A stretch of DNA of 64,000 bases from Candidatus Prevotella equi (GCA_018065145.1 JAGHTW010000067.1:3067-67066); one strand, 5' to 3'. Shown: positions 8,794 to 17,109, counted from the first letter of the stretch. The notes: a model not told the origin generated them from the sequence alone. Numbers and translations are program-made.

Positions 8794-8868
8794 AAATTGA
8801 AAATTGAGAATTGGAAATTGAACATCGGTAATACTGACTTTCAATTTTCAACTTTCAATTTTCAATTC
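8794..8868. repeat. inverted pair of heptad arrays (AAATTGA-type / TTCAATT-type) forming a ~28-bp imperfect hairpin
   Basis: The left arm aattgaaaattgagaattggaaattgaa matches the reverse complement of the right arm at 25 of 28 positions. The loop is catcggtaatactgac. It lies between tpiA and the SPOR gene. Confidence 0.85.
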
Positions 8869-8876
8869 GTAATATT

Positions 8877-9464
8877 ATGAGCAGAATATTCCTAATAACA
8901 ACCATGCTTCTGGCAGTTACGATTGCCAATGCACAGACATTCCTTGACGGACTGCGAAAGGCAGAACCGGGAAAGGGACGCGTTGACGTGGTACAGACAC
9001 AGGAGATAGACTCCCTTGTCAACGGCGTCACAAAGCAACCAGTAACAAGCGTTGCTACACCACAACCAAAGCAGGAGGTTGCGGAACATAAAACAGAAAA
9101 TAATACGCCTGCAACGACTGTCACGACAAATGGTAATAATTCATCTTCCGAAATGGAAAATACCGTTGTGGACACACGAAAGAAGGTGATGCGTAACAGT
9201 TATAAGATGCAAGGCTACCGCATACAGGTGTTCTCTGGTGGTAATACACGCGCCGACAAACAGAAGGCAGAGGCTGCCGGTGCCGTGATGAAGAACAACT
9301 TCCCAACAGAACCGATTTATGTACATTTCTATTCTCCATCGTGGAAGTGCCGAATGGGTAATTATAAAACGGTGGAGGATGCACGACGTCTGCTTGCTCA
9401 AGTAAAGAAACTGGGATATCAGCAGGCTTGTATCGTCAAGGGAACGATAAGCGTGCAGTACTAA
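8877..9464 (+). CDS. SPOR domain protein
   Basis: Signal peptide 'MSRIFLITTMLLAVTIANAQ'. The C-terminal 'YRIQVFSGGNTRADKQKAEAA...WKCRMGNYKTVEDARRLLAQVKKLG' is a SPOR-type repeat. Confidence 0.75.
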   Translation: MSRIFLITTMLLAVTIANAQTFLDGLRKAEPGKGRVDVVQTQEIDSLVNGVTKQPVTSVATPQPKQEVAEHKTENNTPATTVTTNGNNSSSEMENTVVDTRKKVMRNSYKMQGYRIQVFSGGNTRADKQKAEAAGAVMKNNFPTEPIYVHFYSPSWKCRMGNYKTVEDARRLLAQVKKLGYQQACIVKGTISVQY

Positions 9465-9466
9465 GC

Positions 9467-9591
9467 AAATGGAAAATGAAAAATTGAAAATTGAAAGTTG
9501 TGATTACCTATAAACAAAACATAATCATAATTCTCAATTCTCAATTCTCAATTCTTAATTTTCAACTTTCAATTTTCAATTTTCAATTCGA
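9467..9591. repeat. composite element: left heptads, core ttgtgattacct-N12-taatcataatt, nine right heptads
   Basis: The right side reads aattctc x3, aattctt, aattttc, aactttc, aattttc x2, aattcga. The outer arms are complementary (gaaaattgaaagttg / caactttcaattttc). The element ends 2 nt before the xth ATG. Confidence 0.85.
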
Positions 9592-9592
9592 A

Positions 9593-10381
9593 ATGAAGTT
9601 TATCTCTTGGAACGTAAACGGCCTACGTGCCTGTGCCACAAAGGGCTTTGCTGACATATTCACAGAACTGGATGCTGATTTCTTCTGCCTTCAGGAAACG
9701 AAGATGCAGGCAGGACAGCTGGATCTTGCTTTTCCAGGATACCATTCCTACTGGAACTATGCTGAGAAGAAAGGCTATTCAGGTACGGCGATATATACGA
9801 AGCATGCTCCGTTGAATGTCTATTACGGCATGGGAAGCGTTGAGGCTGACGGTACTATTATATATAAGGAGGACAATATACACAATCATGAAGGACGAAT
9901 CATAACGCTTGAGTATGAGGATTATTACGTCATCACGGTGTATGTTCCGAACGCTCAGGATGAGTTGCGCCGCCTTGAGTACAGAATGGAGTGGGAGGAT
10001 GCCTTCCTCTCTTACATAAAGGCGCTGGATAAGAAGAAACCAGTCATCTATTGTGGCGACCTTAACGTTGCACATGAGGAGATAGACCTGAAGAATCCTA
10101 AGACAAATCATAAGAATCCAGGCTTTACTGATGAGGAACGCGGTAAGTTCTCTGATGTCCTTGCAGCAGGTTTCAAGGATACCTTTAGAGAGTTGCATCC
10201 GGAAGAACAGACATTCTCATGGTGGTCATACCGTTTCCATGCACGAGAGAAGAATGTTGGTTGGCGCATAGACTATTTCATTGTGTCAGAACGACTGATG
10301 CCGATGGTAAAGTCCGCTGCAATACATACCGAGATATTTGGTTCTGACCACTGTCCGGTGGAACTTGTTTTTAATGCATAA
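9593..10381 (+). CDS. xth: exodeoxyribonuclease III
   Basis: 'MKFISWNVNGLRA', 'FCLQETK', 'GDLNVAH' and 'SDHCPV' are EEP nuclease motifs. The track ORF start at 9491 merely translates upstream repeats. Confidence 0.9.
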   Translation: MKFISWNVNGLRACATKGFADIFTELDADFFCLQETKMQAGQLDLAFPGYHSYWNYAEKKGYSGTAIYTKHAPLNVYYGMGSVEADGTIIYKEDNIHNHEGRIITLEYEDYYVITVYVPNAQDELRRLEYRMEWEDAFLSYIKALDKKKPVIYCGDLNVAHEEIDLKNPKTNHKNPGFTDEERGKFSDVLAAGFKDTFRELHPEEQTFSWWSYRFHAREKNVGWRIDYFIVSERLMPMVKSAAIHTEIFGSDHCPVELVFNA

Positions 10382-10435
10382 TGTATAATTCATAAATTGT
10401 AATATTTTTAATATAATCATAAAAAACACATCACT

Positions 10436-11782
10436 ATGACAAAAGTTATTAAGTTGCGTCGTGGTCTTGACATCAGCCTCGCAGGCAAGGCAGAACAGAA
10501 GAAGAACTGCATTGCTGTAGGAGGAACGTACGCCCTGCAACCTTCCGACTTCGTTGGCGTGAAGCCAAAGGTCGTTGTGAAGGAAGGCGACAAGGTAAAG
10601 GCTGGCGATGCTCTGTTCGTCAACAAGGAATACCCAGAGGTGAAGTTCGCTTCGCCTGTCAGTGGTACTGTAAGCCTTGTGGAACGTGGCGACAGAAGAA
10701 AGCTGTTGAGCGTGCGTGTTGATGCGGATGCTACGCAGGAGTATGTGGATTATGGCAAGAAAGACCTTTCATCCCTCAATGCTGATGGAGTCATCAATGC
10801 ATTGTTGGAGGCTGGTCTTTTTGGTTTTATAAACCAGTTGCCTTATGCCATTTCCACCAACCCACAGACAAAGCCACGTGCTATCTTTGTCTCTGCACTG
10901 CGCGATATGCCTCTTGCAGGAGACTTTGAGTATGAACTTCAGGGAAACGAGGCAGACTTCCAGACTGGTCTCTCTGCTCTGGCAAAGGTGGCAAAGACAT
11001 ATCTCGGTATAGGAGAAAAGCAGTCAACTGCAGCTCTTGCTGAGGCTAAGGACGTTGAAGTCGTAGCTTTCTCAGGCAAGTGTCCTGCTGGCAACGTAGG
11101 CGTTCAGGTAAATAACATCGCTCCTGTTAATAAGGGTGAAGTGGTATGGACCGTTGACCCTACAGCGGTGATATTCTTCGGACGTCTTTTCAATACCGGT
11201 AAAGTGAATATGACACGCACTGTTGCCATTGCTGGCAGCGAAGTGAGCGATCCTTCTTATATAGAAGCACTCGTAGGTACAAACCTCAAGGCAGAACTTA
11301 GCAATAAGGTAAAGGCAGATGGTACACGTATCATCATGGGTAACCCTCTCACTGGCACAAAGACAACGATGGATTGCTTCCTCGGAGCACATACATCTGA
11401 GGTGACCGCAATACCTGAGGGTGACAATGCCGATGAACTCTTCGGATGGATAATGCCACGCTTCAAGCAGTTCTCTGTTAGCCGCAGTTACTTCTCATGG
11501 CTCTTCGGCAAGAAGGACTACAAGCTTGATGCACGTGTGAAGGGCGGTGAGCGTCACATGATAATGTCTGGCGAGTATGACAGCGTACTGCCAATGGACA
11601 TTTATGGCGAATATCTCATCAAGGCTATCATCGCACAGGACATAGACAAGATGGAGCAACTCGGCATTTATGAGGTGAGTCCAGAGGATTTCGCTCTTGC
11701 AGAGTTCGTTGACTCAAGTAAACTCGAATTGCAGAAAATCGTAAGACAAGGGTTGGATCTCTTGAGAAAGGAGAACGAATAA
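10436..11782 (+). CDS. nqrA: Na+-translocating NADH:quinone reductase subunit A
   Basis: 448 aa with an N-terminal 'IKLRRGLDISLAGKAEQ'. It is the first of six colinear nqr genes. Confidence 0.9.
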   Translation: MTKVIKLRRGLDISLAGKAEQKKNCIAVGGTYALQPSDFVGVKPKVVVKEGDKVKAGDALFVNKEYPEVKFASPVSGTVSLVERGDRRKLLSVRVDADATQEYVDYGKKDLSSLNADGVINALLEAGLFGFINQLPYAISTNPQTKPRAIFVSALRDMPLAGDFEYELQGNEADFQTGLSALAKVAKTYLGIGEKQSTAALAEAKDVEVVAFSGKCPAGNVGVQVNNIAPVNKGEVVWTVDPTAVIFFGRLFNTGKVNMTRTVAIAGSEVSDPSYIEALVGTNLKAELSNKVKADGTRIIMGNPLTGTKTTMDCFLGAHTSEVTAIPEGDNADELFGWIMPRFKQFSVSRSYFSWLFGKKDYKLDARVKGGERHMIMSGEYDSVLPMDIYGEYLIKAIIAQDIDKMEQLGIYEVSPEDFALAEFVDSSKLELQKIVRQGLDLLRKENE

Positions 11783-12957
11783 TGGGATTCTTAAAAGATA
11801 CAGTAAATAACCTGAAGCCACATTTTGAGCCAGAAGGCAAGTTGCATGCTTTTCGTAGCGTGTTTGATGGCTTCGAGACATTCCTCTTTGTGCCGAACAC
11901 TACATCTAAGAGTGGCGCACACATCCACGATGCCATTGACTCAAAGCGTATCATGAGTATTGTGGTGATAGCTCTTATTCCTGCATTGCTCTTCGGTATG
12001 TACAATGTGGGCTATCAGAACTATCTGGCAGCAGGTACTCTTGCTACCGCTTCGTTCCTTGAAGTGTTCCTTTATGGCGCATTGCTCGTATTGCCAAAGG
12101 TGATAGTAAGCTACATCGTTGGTCTTAGTATAGAGTTCGTATGGGCGCAGTGGAAGAACGAAGAGATACAGGAAGGTTATCTTGTCAGCGGTATCATCAT
12201 TCCGCTTATCCTCCCTGTAGGTTGTCCTCTGTGGACTATAGTGCTTGCCGTTGCATTTGCCGTGATATTCGGTAAGGAGATATTCGGCGGTACTGGTATG
12301 AATATCTTCAACGTTGCCCTCCTTGCACGTGCCTTCCTCTTCTTTGCTTATCCAACGAAGATGAGTGGTGACACCGTATGGGTAGCAGATGAGAGTTTCC
12401 TTGGCTTGGGTAATACTTTGGCTGATGGCTTTACATGCGCTACGCCACTGGGAGTCCTCGCACAAGGAAGTGCTGCTGACGTTTTCAATTCTCAATTCTC
12501 AATTCTCAATTCGGTAGTAGGTCTTATCCCTGGTTCTATCGGTGAGACAAGCGTCATAGCTATCGCTATCGGTGCTGTCATACTGCTTTGGACAGGCATT
12601 GCATCATGGAAGACAATGCTCAGCGTATTCGCTGGCGGCATATTCATGGGAGTTATATTCCAGGCTACGGGACAGACACCGGTAGAGTGGTATCAGCATC
12701 TCGTTATCGGTGGTTTCTGCTTCGGTGCGGTCTTCATGGCAACAGACCCTGTTACCTCTGCACGTACAGAGACAGGTAAGTGGATTTATGGTTTCATCAT
12801 CGGAGCATTGGCTGTCATCATTCGCGTTATGAACCCTGGTTTCCCAGAGGGAATGATGCTTGCCATCCTCTTTGGTAACATGATGGCTCCTACTATCGAC
12901 TACTTCGTAGTACAGAAGAATATTAACAAACGACTGAAGAGAGTTCATAATTCATAA
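11782..12957 (+). CDS. nqrB: Na+-NQR subunit B
   Basis: A polytopic protein with 'GFTCATPLG' (FMN-Thr region) and 'IPGSIGETS'. It contains an in-frame heptanucleotide array at 12484-12512. Confidence 0.9.
   Translation: MGFLKDTVNNLKPHFEPEGKLHAFRSVFDGFETFLFVPNTTSKSGAHIHDAIDSKRIMSIVVIALIPALLFGMYNVGYQNYLAAGTLATASFLEVFLYGALLVLPKVIVSYIVGLSIEFVWAQWKNEEIQEGYLVSGIIIPLILPVGCPLWTIVLAVAFAVIFGKEIFGGTGMNIFNVALLARAFLFFAYPTKMSGDTVWVADESFLGLGNTLADGFTCATPLGVLAQGSAADVFNSQFSILNSVVGLIPGSIGETSVIAIAIGAVILLWTGIASWKTMLSVFAGGIFMGVIFQATGQTPVEWYQHLVIGGFCFGAVFMATDPVTSARTETGKWIYGFIIGALAVIIRVMNPGFPEGMMLAILFGNMMAPTIDYFVVQKNINKRLKRVHNS
12484..12512 (+). repeat. four heptanucleotide repeats (TTCAATT/CTCAATT) inside the nqrB coding sequence
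   Basis: ttcaatt ctcaatt ctcaatt ctcaatt encodes FNSQFSILN. Twenty-six nt (12487-12512) are identical to 9529-9554. Confidence 0.9.
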
Positions 12958-12994
12958 TGCATAATTCATAATGCATAATTCATAATTATCAATT
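12946..12994. repeat. seven heptads (CATAATT/CATAATG) spanning the nqrB stop to the nqrC ATG
   Basis: cataatt cataatg cataatt cataatg cataatt cataatt atcaatt is exactly 49 nt and abuts the ATG at 12995. Confidence 0.9.
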
Positions 12995-13651
12995 ATGGCA
13001 AAATTAACGGATAAGAATAGCTATATTATAGCATACAGCTGCGTGATGGTAGTCATCGTGGCTTTCCTTCTTGCTTTTGTCAGCAGTTCACTGAAGGACA
13101 GGCAAGAGGCGAATGTTAAGCTTGACAAGAAAAAGCAAGTGCTGGCAGCCCTCAACATCCGCGACCTTTCTGATGCTGATGCAGAAGCAAAGTATTCTGA
13201 GGTAGTGAAGGATGGCGATAAAGCATTTGAGATGAACAGCGCGTCCTTCAAGGAAGGTGACATCGCTGTATATCAGTGCGAGATTGACGGTGAGAAGAAG
13301 TATGTAGTCTCCGTTTACGGTGCAGGTCTCTGGGGACCTATCTGGGGCTATGTAGCAGTAAATGCAGATGGCAACACCATCTACGGTGCTTACTTCAACC
13401 ATGAAGGTGAGACGGCTGGTCTCGGTGCTGAAATAAAGGACAGCAAGGCATGGCAGGACCTTTTCAAAGGTAAGACAATCTACGCCGCTGACGGCAGCGT
13501 GGCTCTCAAGGTACTGAAGAGCAGCGAGGTAAAGAACCCTGCATCAGAGGTTGATGCCGTAACAGGTGCAACACTTACCAGCAATGGTGTTAGTGACATG
13601 CTGCAGGAAGGCTTTGAGAAGTACAAAGAACTTCTCAAAAGTAGTAATTAA
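12995..13651 (+). CDS. nqrC: Na+-NQR subunit C
   Basis: A single N-terminal TM helix and the 'VDAVTGATLTSNGV' FMN-attachment motif. Confidence 0.9.
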   Translation: MAKLTDKNSYIIAYSCVMVVIVAFLLAFVSSSLKDRQEANVKLDKKKQVLAALNIRDLSDADAEAKYSEVVKDGDKAFEMNSASFKEGDIAVYQCEIDGEKKYVVSVYGAGLWGPIWGYVAVNADGNTIYGAYFNHEGETAGLGAEIKDSKAWQDLFKGKTIYAADGSVALKVLKSSEVKNPASEVDAVTGATLTSNGVSDMLQEGFEKYKELLKSSN

Positions 13652-13670
13652 TAATTAATGATTAATAAGT
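13643..13670. repeat. four heptads (AATAATT-type) filling the nqrC-nqrD spacer
   Basis: agtaatt aataatt aatgatt aataagt abuts the ATG at 13671. Confidence 0.75.
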
Positions 13671-14285
13671 ATGGCAAACATTAAAATAAAAGAGGTTTTC
13701 ACACAGCCGCTGAGTTTTATGAATCCTGTACTCGTGCAGGTGCTCGGTATCTGTAGCGCGCTCGCTGTTACTTCACAGTTGAAGCCTGCGCTCGTCATGT
13801 GTATCGCCGTGACAGTCATCACTGCTTTCTCCAACCTCATCATTTCGTGCCTTCGCAATACAGTGCCTAACCGCATACGTATCGTAGTGCAGCTCGTTGT
13901 CGTTGCTGCCCTCGTTACCATTGTCAGCCAGGTGCTCAAGGCATTTGTATATGATGTGAGCGTTGAGTTGTCTGTATATGTGGGACTTATCATCACCAAC
14001 TGTATCCTCATGGGACGCCTTGAGGCTTTCGCTATGGCAAATAAGCCTCTGCCTTCGTTCATCGATGGTTTGGCTAACGGCCTTGGCTACGGCATCATCC
14101 TTGTTATAGTAGGTGCAGTACGTGAGTTCTTCGGCAGAGGTTCACTACTCGGCTTCCAGATTATCCCTGACGCAGTATATGACTTCGGTTATATAAATAA
14201 TGGTATGATGACAATGCCTGCCATGGCGCTCATCCTCATCGGATGTGTCATCTGGATACATAAAGCATATTTCGTAAAGGACTAA
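13671..14285 (+). CDS. nqrD: Na+-NQR subunit D
   Basis: 204 aa, RnfE/NqrD-like, with six TM helices. '[17 protein letters not shown]'. Confidence 0.9.
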   Translation: MANIKIKEVFTQPLSFMNPVLVQVLGICSALAVTSQLKPALVMCIAVTVITAFSNLIISCLRNTVPNRIRIVVQLVVVAALVTIVSQVLKAFVYDVSVELSVYVGLIITNCILMGRLEAFAMANKPLPSFIDGLANGLGYGIILVIVGAVREFFGRGSLLGFQIIPDAVYDFGYINNGMMTMPAMALILIGCVIWIHKAYFVKD

Positions 14286-14289
14286 AAAT

Positions 14290-14916
14290 ATGGATCAGTT
14301 AATAAATCTTTTTTTCAGGTCAATATTCGTTGACAATATGATCTTTGCGTTCTTCCTTGGTATGTGTTCGTACCTTGCTGTGTCAAAGAACGTCAAGACA
14401 TCACTTGGTCTTGGTATCGCTGTGACATTTGTGCTCTGCGTTACCGTACCTGTAAACTATATTCTCCAGACTAGGGTACTGGGTCCTGATTGTCTTATCG
14501 AAGGCGTTGATTTGTCTTATCTCGCATTCATCATCTTCATAGCAGTCATAGCTGGTATCGTGCAGTTGGTAGAGATGATAGTGGAGCGTTTCTCACCATC
14601 ACTGTATGGTGCGCTCGGTATCTTCCTTCCACTGATTGCCGTGAACTGTGCCATCATGGGTGCAAGTCTTTTCATGCAGCAGCGTATCAACATGGATCCT
14701 TCAAGCTCGCAGTATCTCGGTAGCGTACTCGATGCATTCGTTTATGCTCTCGGTTCTGGTTTCGGTTGGGTACTTGCTATTGTATCCCTCGGTGCCATCC
14801 GTGAGAAGATGCAGTACAGCGACGTGCCAAAGCCACTGCAAGGTCTTGGTATCACCTTTATCACCGTAGGACTCATGGCTATGGCTATGATGTGCTTCAG
14901 CGGACTTAAACTATAA
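14290..14916 (+). CDS. nqrE: Na+-NQR subunit E
   Basis: 208 aa, RnfA/NqrE-like. '[12 protein letters not shown]', '[10 protein letters not shown]'. Confidence 0.9.
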   Translation: MDQLINLFFRSIFVDNMIFAFFLGMCSYLAVSKNVKTSLGLGIAVTFVLCVTVPVNYILQTRVLGPDCLIEGVDLSYLAFIIFIAVIAGIVQLVEMIVERFSPSLYGALGIFLPLIAVNCAIMGASLFMQQRINMDPSSSQYLGSVLDAFVYALGSGFGWVLAIVSLGAIREKMQYSDVPKPLQGLGITFITVGLMAMAMMCFSGLKL

Positions 14917-14931
14917 AAAGGAGGCTACTTT

Positions 14932-16203
14932 ATGGATATTTCATTTATATTAGCAAGTATAGGAGTATTCCTCATTGTAATACTCGTATTGGTCATCGTC
15001 CTCCTTGTGGCTAAGAAATACCTTAGCCCAAGCGGAAAGGTGACGCTGACTGTCAACGGCGATACGAAGCTGGAGGTAGAACAAGGCAACAGCGTGATGA
15101 ATACGCTGAACGAAAATGGTATCTTCCTGCCATCAGCATGTGGTGGTAAGGCAAGCTGCGGACAGTGTAAGCTGCAGATACTCTCAGGCGGTGGCGAGAT
15201 TCTCGATTCTGAGAAGCCTCACTTCACACGTAAGGAGATAAAAGACAACTGGCGTCTTGGCTGTCAGGCTAAGATAAAGGGCGATATGGAGGTGAAGGTA
15301 CCAGATAGCGTCATGGGCGTAAAGGAATGGGAATGCACCGTTATCGGCAATAAGAACGTGGCAACCTTCATCAAGGAGTACAAGGTAGCTCTGCCTCCTG
15401 GCGAGCACATGGACTTCGAACCAGGTTCTTATGCACAGATAAAGATTCCTGCATTCGAAATCGACTACAAGGACTTCGATCGTGAACTCATCGGCGACAC
15501 TTACCTCCCAGCATGGGAGAAGTTCGGTCTTTTCGATCTTCACTGCTCTAACCCAGAACCAACCATCCGTGCGTACTCTATGGCTAACTACCCAGACGAG
15601 GGCGACATCATCACGCTTAACGTGCGTATTGCTACTCCTCCGTTCAAGCCAAAGGATCAGGGAACAGGCTTCATGGACGTAAATCCAGGTATTGCCTCTT
15701 CATACATCTTCAACCTCAAGCCAGGCGACAAGGTTATCATGTCAGGCCCTTACGGAGAGTTCCGTCCAAAGTACGGCACTGGCCGTGAGATGATATGGGT
15801 AGGCGGTGGCGCTGGTATGGCACCATTGCGTGCACAGATCATGCACTGTCTGAAGACTCTTGACATCCGTGACCGTGAGATGCACTACTTCTACGGCGCA
15901 CGTGCACTTGAGGAAATACCATTCCTTGATGACTTCCTGCAGTTGGAGAAGGACTATGACAACTTCCACTTCCATCTCGCATTGGACCGTCCTGATCCAA
16001 AGGCAGATGCAGCAGGCATCGCATATACACCAGGTTTTGTAGCACCAGTAATGGGCGACACATACCTCAAGCAGCATGAGTCACCAGAAGATTGCGAGTA
16101 CTACCTCTGCGGACCTCCAATGATGGCGAAGACAGTGCTCGACCTCCTACACTCTCTCGGCGTAGAAGACGACATGATTGCCTTCGATAACTTCGGTGGA
16201 TAA
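14932..16203 (+). CDS. nqrF: Na+-NQR subunit F
   Basis: An N-terminal TM helix, the 2Fe-2S motif 'CGGKASCGQCK', the FAD motif 'RAYSMANYP' and an NAD(H)-binding C-terminus. Confidence 0.92.
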   Translation: MDISFILASIGVFLIVILVLVIVLLVAKKYLSPSGKVTLTVNGDTKLEVEQGNSVMNTLNENGIFLPSACGGKASCGQCKLQILSGGGEILDSEKPHFTRKEIKDNWRLGCQAKIKGDMEVKVPDSVMGVKEWECTVIGNKNVATFIKEYKVALPPGEHMDFEPGSYAQIKIPAFEIDYKDFDRELIGDTYLPAWEKFGLFDLHCSNPEPTIRAYSMANYPDEGDIITLNVRIATPPFKPKDQGTGFMDVNPGIASSYIFNLKPGDKVIMSGPYGEFRPKYGTGREMIWVGGGAGMAPLRAQIMHCLKTLDIRDREMHYFYGARALEEIPFLDDFLQLEKDYDNFHFHLALDRPDPKADAAGIAYTPGFVAPVMGDTYLKQHESPEDCEYYLCGPPMMAKTVLDLLHSLGVEDDMIAFDNFGG

Positions 16204-16248
16204 AGAAGTACTTAAGTAATAAGTAAAAAGTAATAAGTAAAAAGTAAA
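16204..16248. repeat. about six heptads (AANAAGT), including 2 x 14-bp aataagtaaaaagt, after the nqrF stop
   Basis: AAGT recurs at 16206, 16214, 16221, 16228, 16235 and 16242. The array runs into the terminator stem. Confidence 0.8.
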
Positions 16249-16296
16249 GTTGCGGTTACATCTGAACCTTCAGAATGTAATCGCAACTTTGTTTTA
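16249..16296 (+). terminator. rho-independent terminator after nqrF
   Basis: gttgcggttacat / atgtaatcgcaac forms a 13-bp stem with one G-U pair. There is an inner ctgaa/ttcag pairing, and tttgtttta follows the stem. Confidence 0.75.
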
Positions 16297-16394
16297 TATT
16301 AACCTCTCTTATTTGTTTTTGTTAGCTCCTTTTTGTATTAATTGAGCTCTCTTCCTCCCTCCCTTTGAGGAGGGTCGGGGAGGGGCTTCCTTTC

Positions 16395-16916
16395 TTACTC
16401 CTCCTCTGTATCCTTCTCTTCCTTCTCTTCGTAGGCTTCGAGGGTTTTCTTGAGTCGTTCTGCTCTCAGTTCCTTCTTTGTCTTGTGTTTTGTCACTTTG
16501 TTGTAAACATCAAGCAGGTCAAGTCCGCCGCCTGTAGGGTTCGCTTTTTGTAGAGCTCTCTCGCGCTTCATGCGCTTGAAGTCTTCGTTGCTGATGTGCT
16601 TTTTCTCTTCGCCCACGACTTCTATTTCCTGAATGTGCTGTCCGGTACCTTTCAGTCTCACAACGGCAGGCATATTGGCTATTGCTATTGTCTTGGGTTT
16701 GTATTCAGGGTGTACGAATGTAACGGAATCCACTTCTGTTGAAAGTACCGCGATACCTTGTGGTGTGGTACGTGTGAGTGTGTCTTTACCGTGAATTATC
16801 AATACTTTGTCGATAGGCTCTTTAGTATCTTCGTCAATGACGTTAATCATTTTTCTCTGCGCATTCGCCATCATGCAAAAGCAAACGAGAAGGAGCAGTG
16901 TTGTAATCTTTTTCAT
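16395..16916 (-). CDS. hypothetical secreted protein with a Lys/Glu-rich C-terminus
   Basis: The signal peptide 'MKKITTLLLLVCFCMMANAQ' begins at the second Met of the track ORF. A small beta-rich domain is followed by a charged tail. Confidence 0.55.
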   Translation of the reverse strand: MKKITTLLLLVCFCMMANAQRKMINVIDEDTKEPIDKVLIIHGKDTLTRTTPQGIAVLSTEVDSVTFVHPEYKPKTIAIANMPAVVRLKGTGQHIQEIEVVGEEKKHISNEDFKRMKRERALQKANPTGGGLDLLDVYNKVTKHKTKKELRAERLKKTLEAYEEKEEKDTEEE

Positions 16917-17005
16917 AACAATAAATATATTTGTGTGCAAAGGTAATAAAAATTAATGAAGAAAACATTGAAATTCCCCAAAAAATAATGTTACCTGTAA
17001 TTTTA

Positions 17006-17098
17006 GCGCAAGTACTGTGCCCAAGTACTACAGTAATCGTGCCCAAGTACTACAGTAATCGTGCCCAAGTACTGCAGTAATCGTGCCCAAGTACTGGG
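17006..17098. repeat. 22-bp tandem array (gtgcccaagtactacagtaatc), about 4 copies
   Basis: Units at 17017-17038, 17039-17060 and 17061-17082 (one substitution), plus partial units at both ends. The array lies 12 nt from the dnaE stop. Confidence 0.9.
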
Positions 17099-17109
17099 AG
17101 TATTCTTTT

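Noticed and set aside
9491-9592. N-terminal 34-codon extension of the xth ORF in the track (…IILNSQFSILNFQLSIFNFQFE).
   Set aside because: It is simply the translation of the heptad repeat element. The conserved ExoIII N-terminus MKFISWNVNG begins at 9593.
14918-14924. Shine-Dalgarno-like AAGGAGG 7 nt upstream of nqrF, unusual for Bacteroidota.
   Set aside because: It is a single occurrence and cannot be distinguished from chance or from the nqrE C-terminal/spacer sequence.
16357-16385. GC-rich ccctcc/ggaggg palindrome with a G-run just 3' of the minus-strand gene at 16395-16916, considered as a terminator or REP-like element.
   Set aside because: The stem is only 6 bp and no U-tract follows on the minus strand. 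It is a single copy in the window, so the evidence is too weak to call.
17006-17098. Could the 22-bp arrays (also at 47209-47296) be CRISPR arrays?
   Set aside because: The units are directly adjacent with no unique spacers, there are only about 4 copies, and no cas genes are present in the window.
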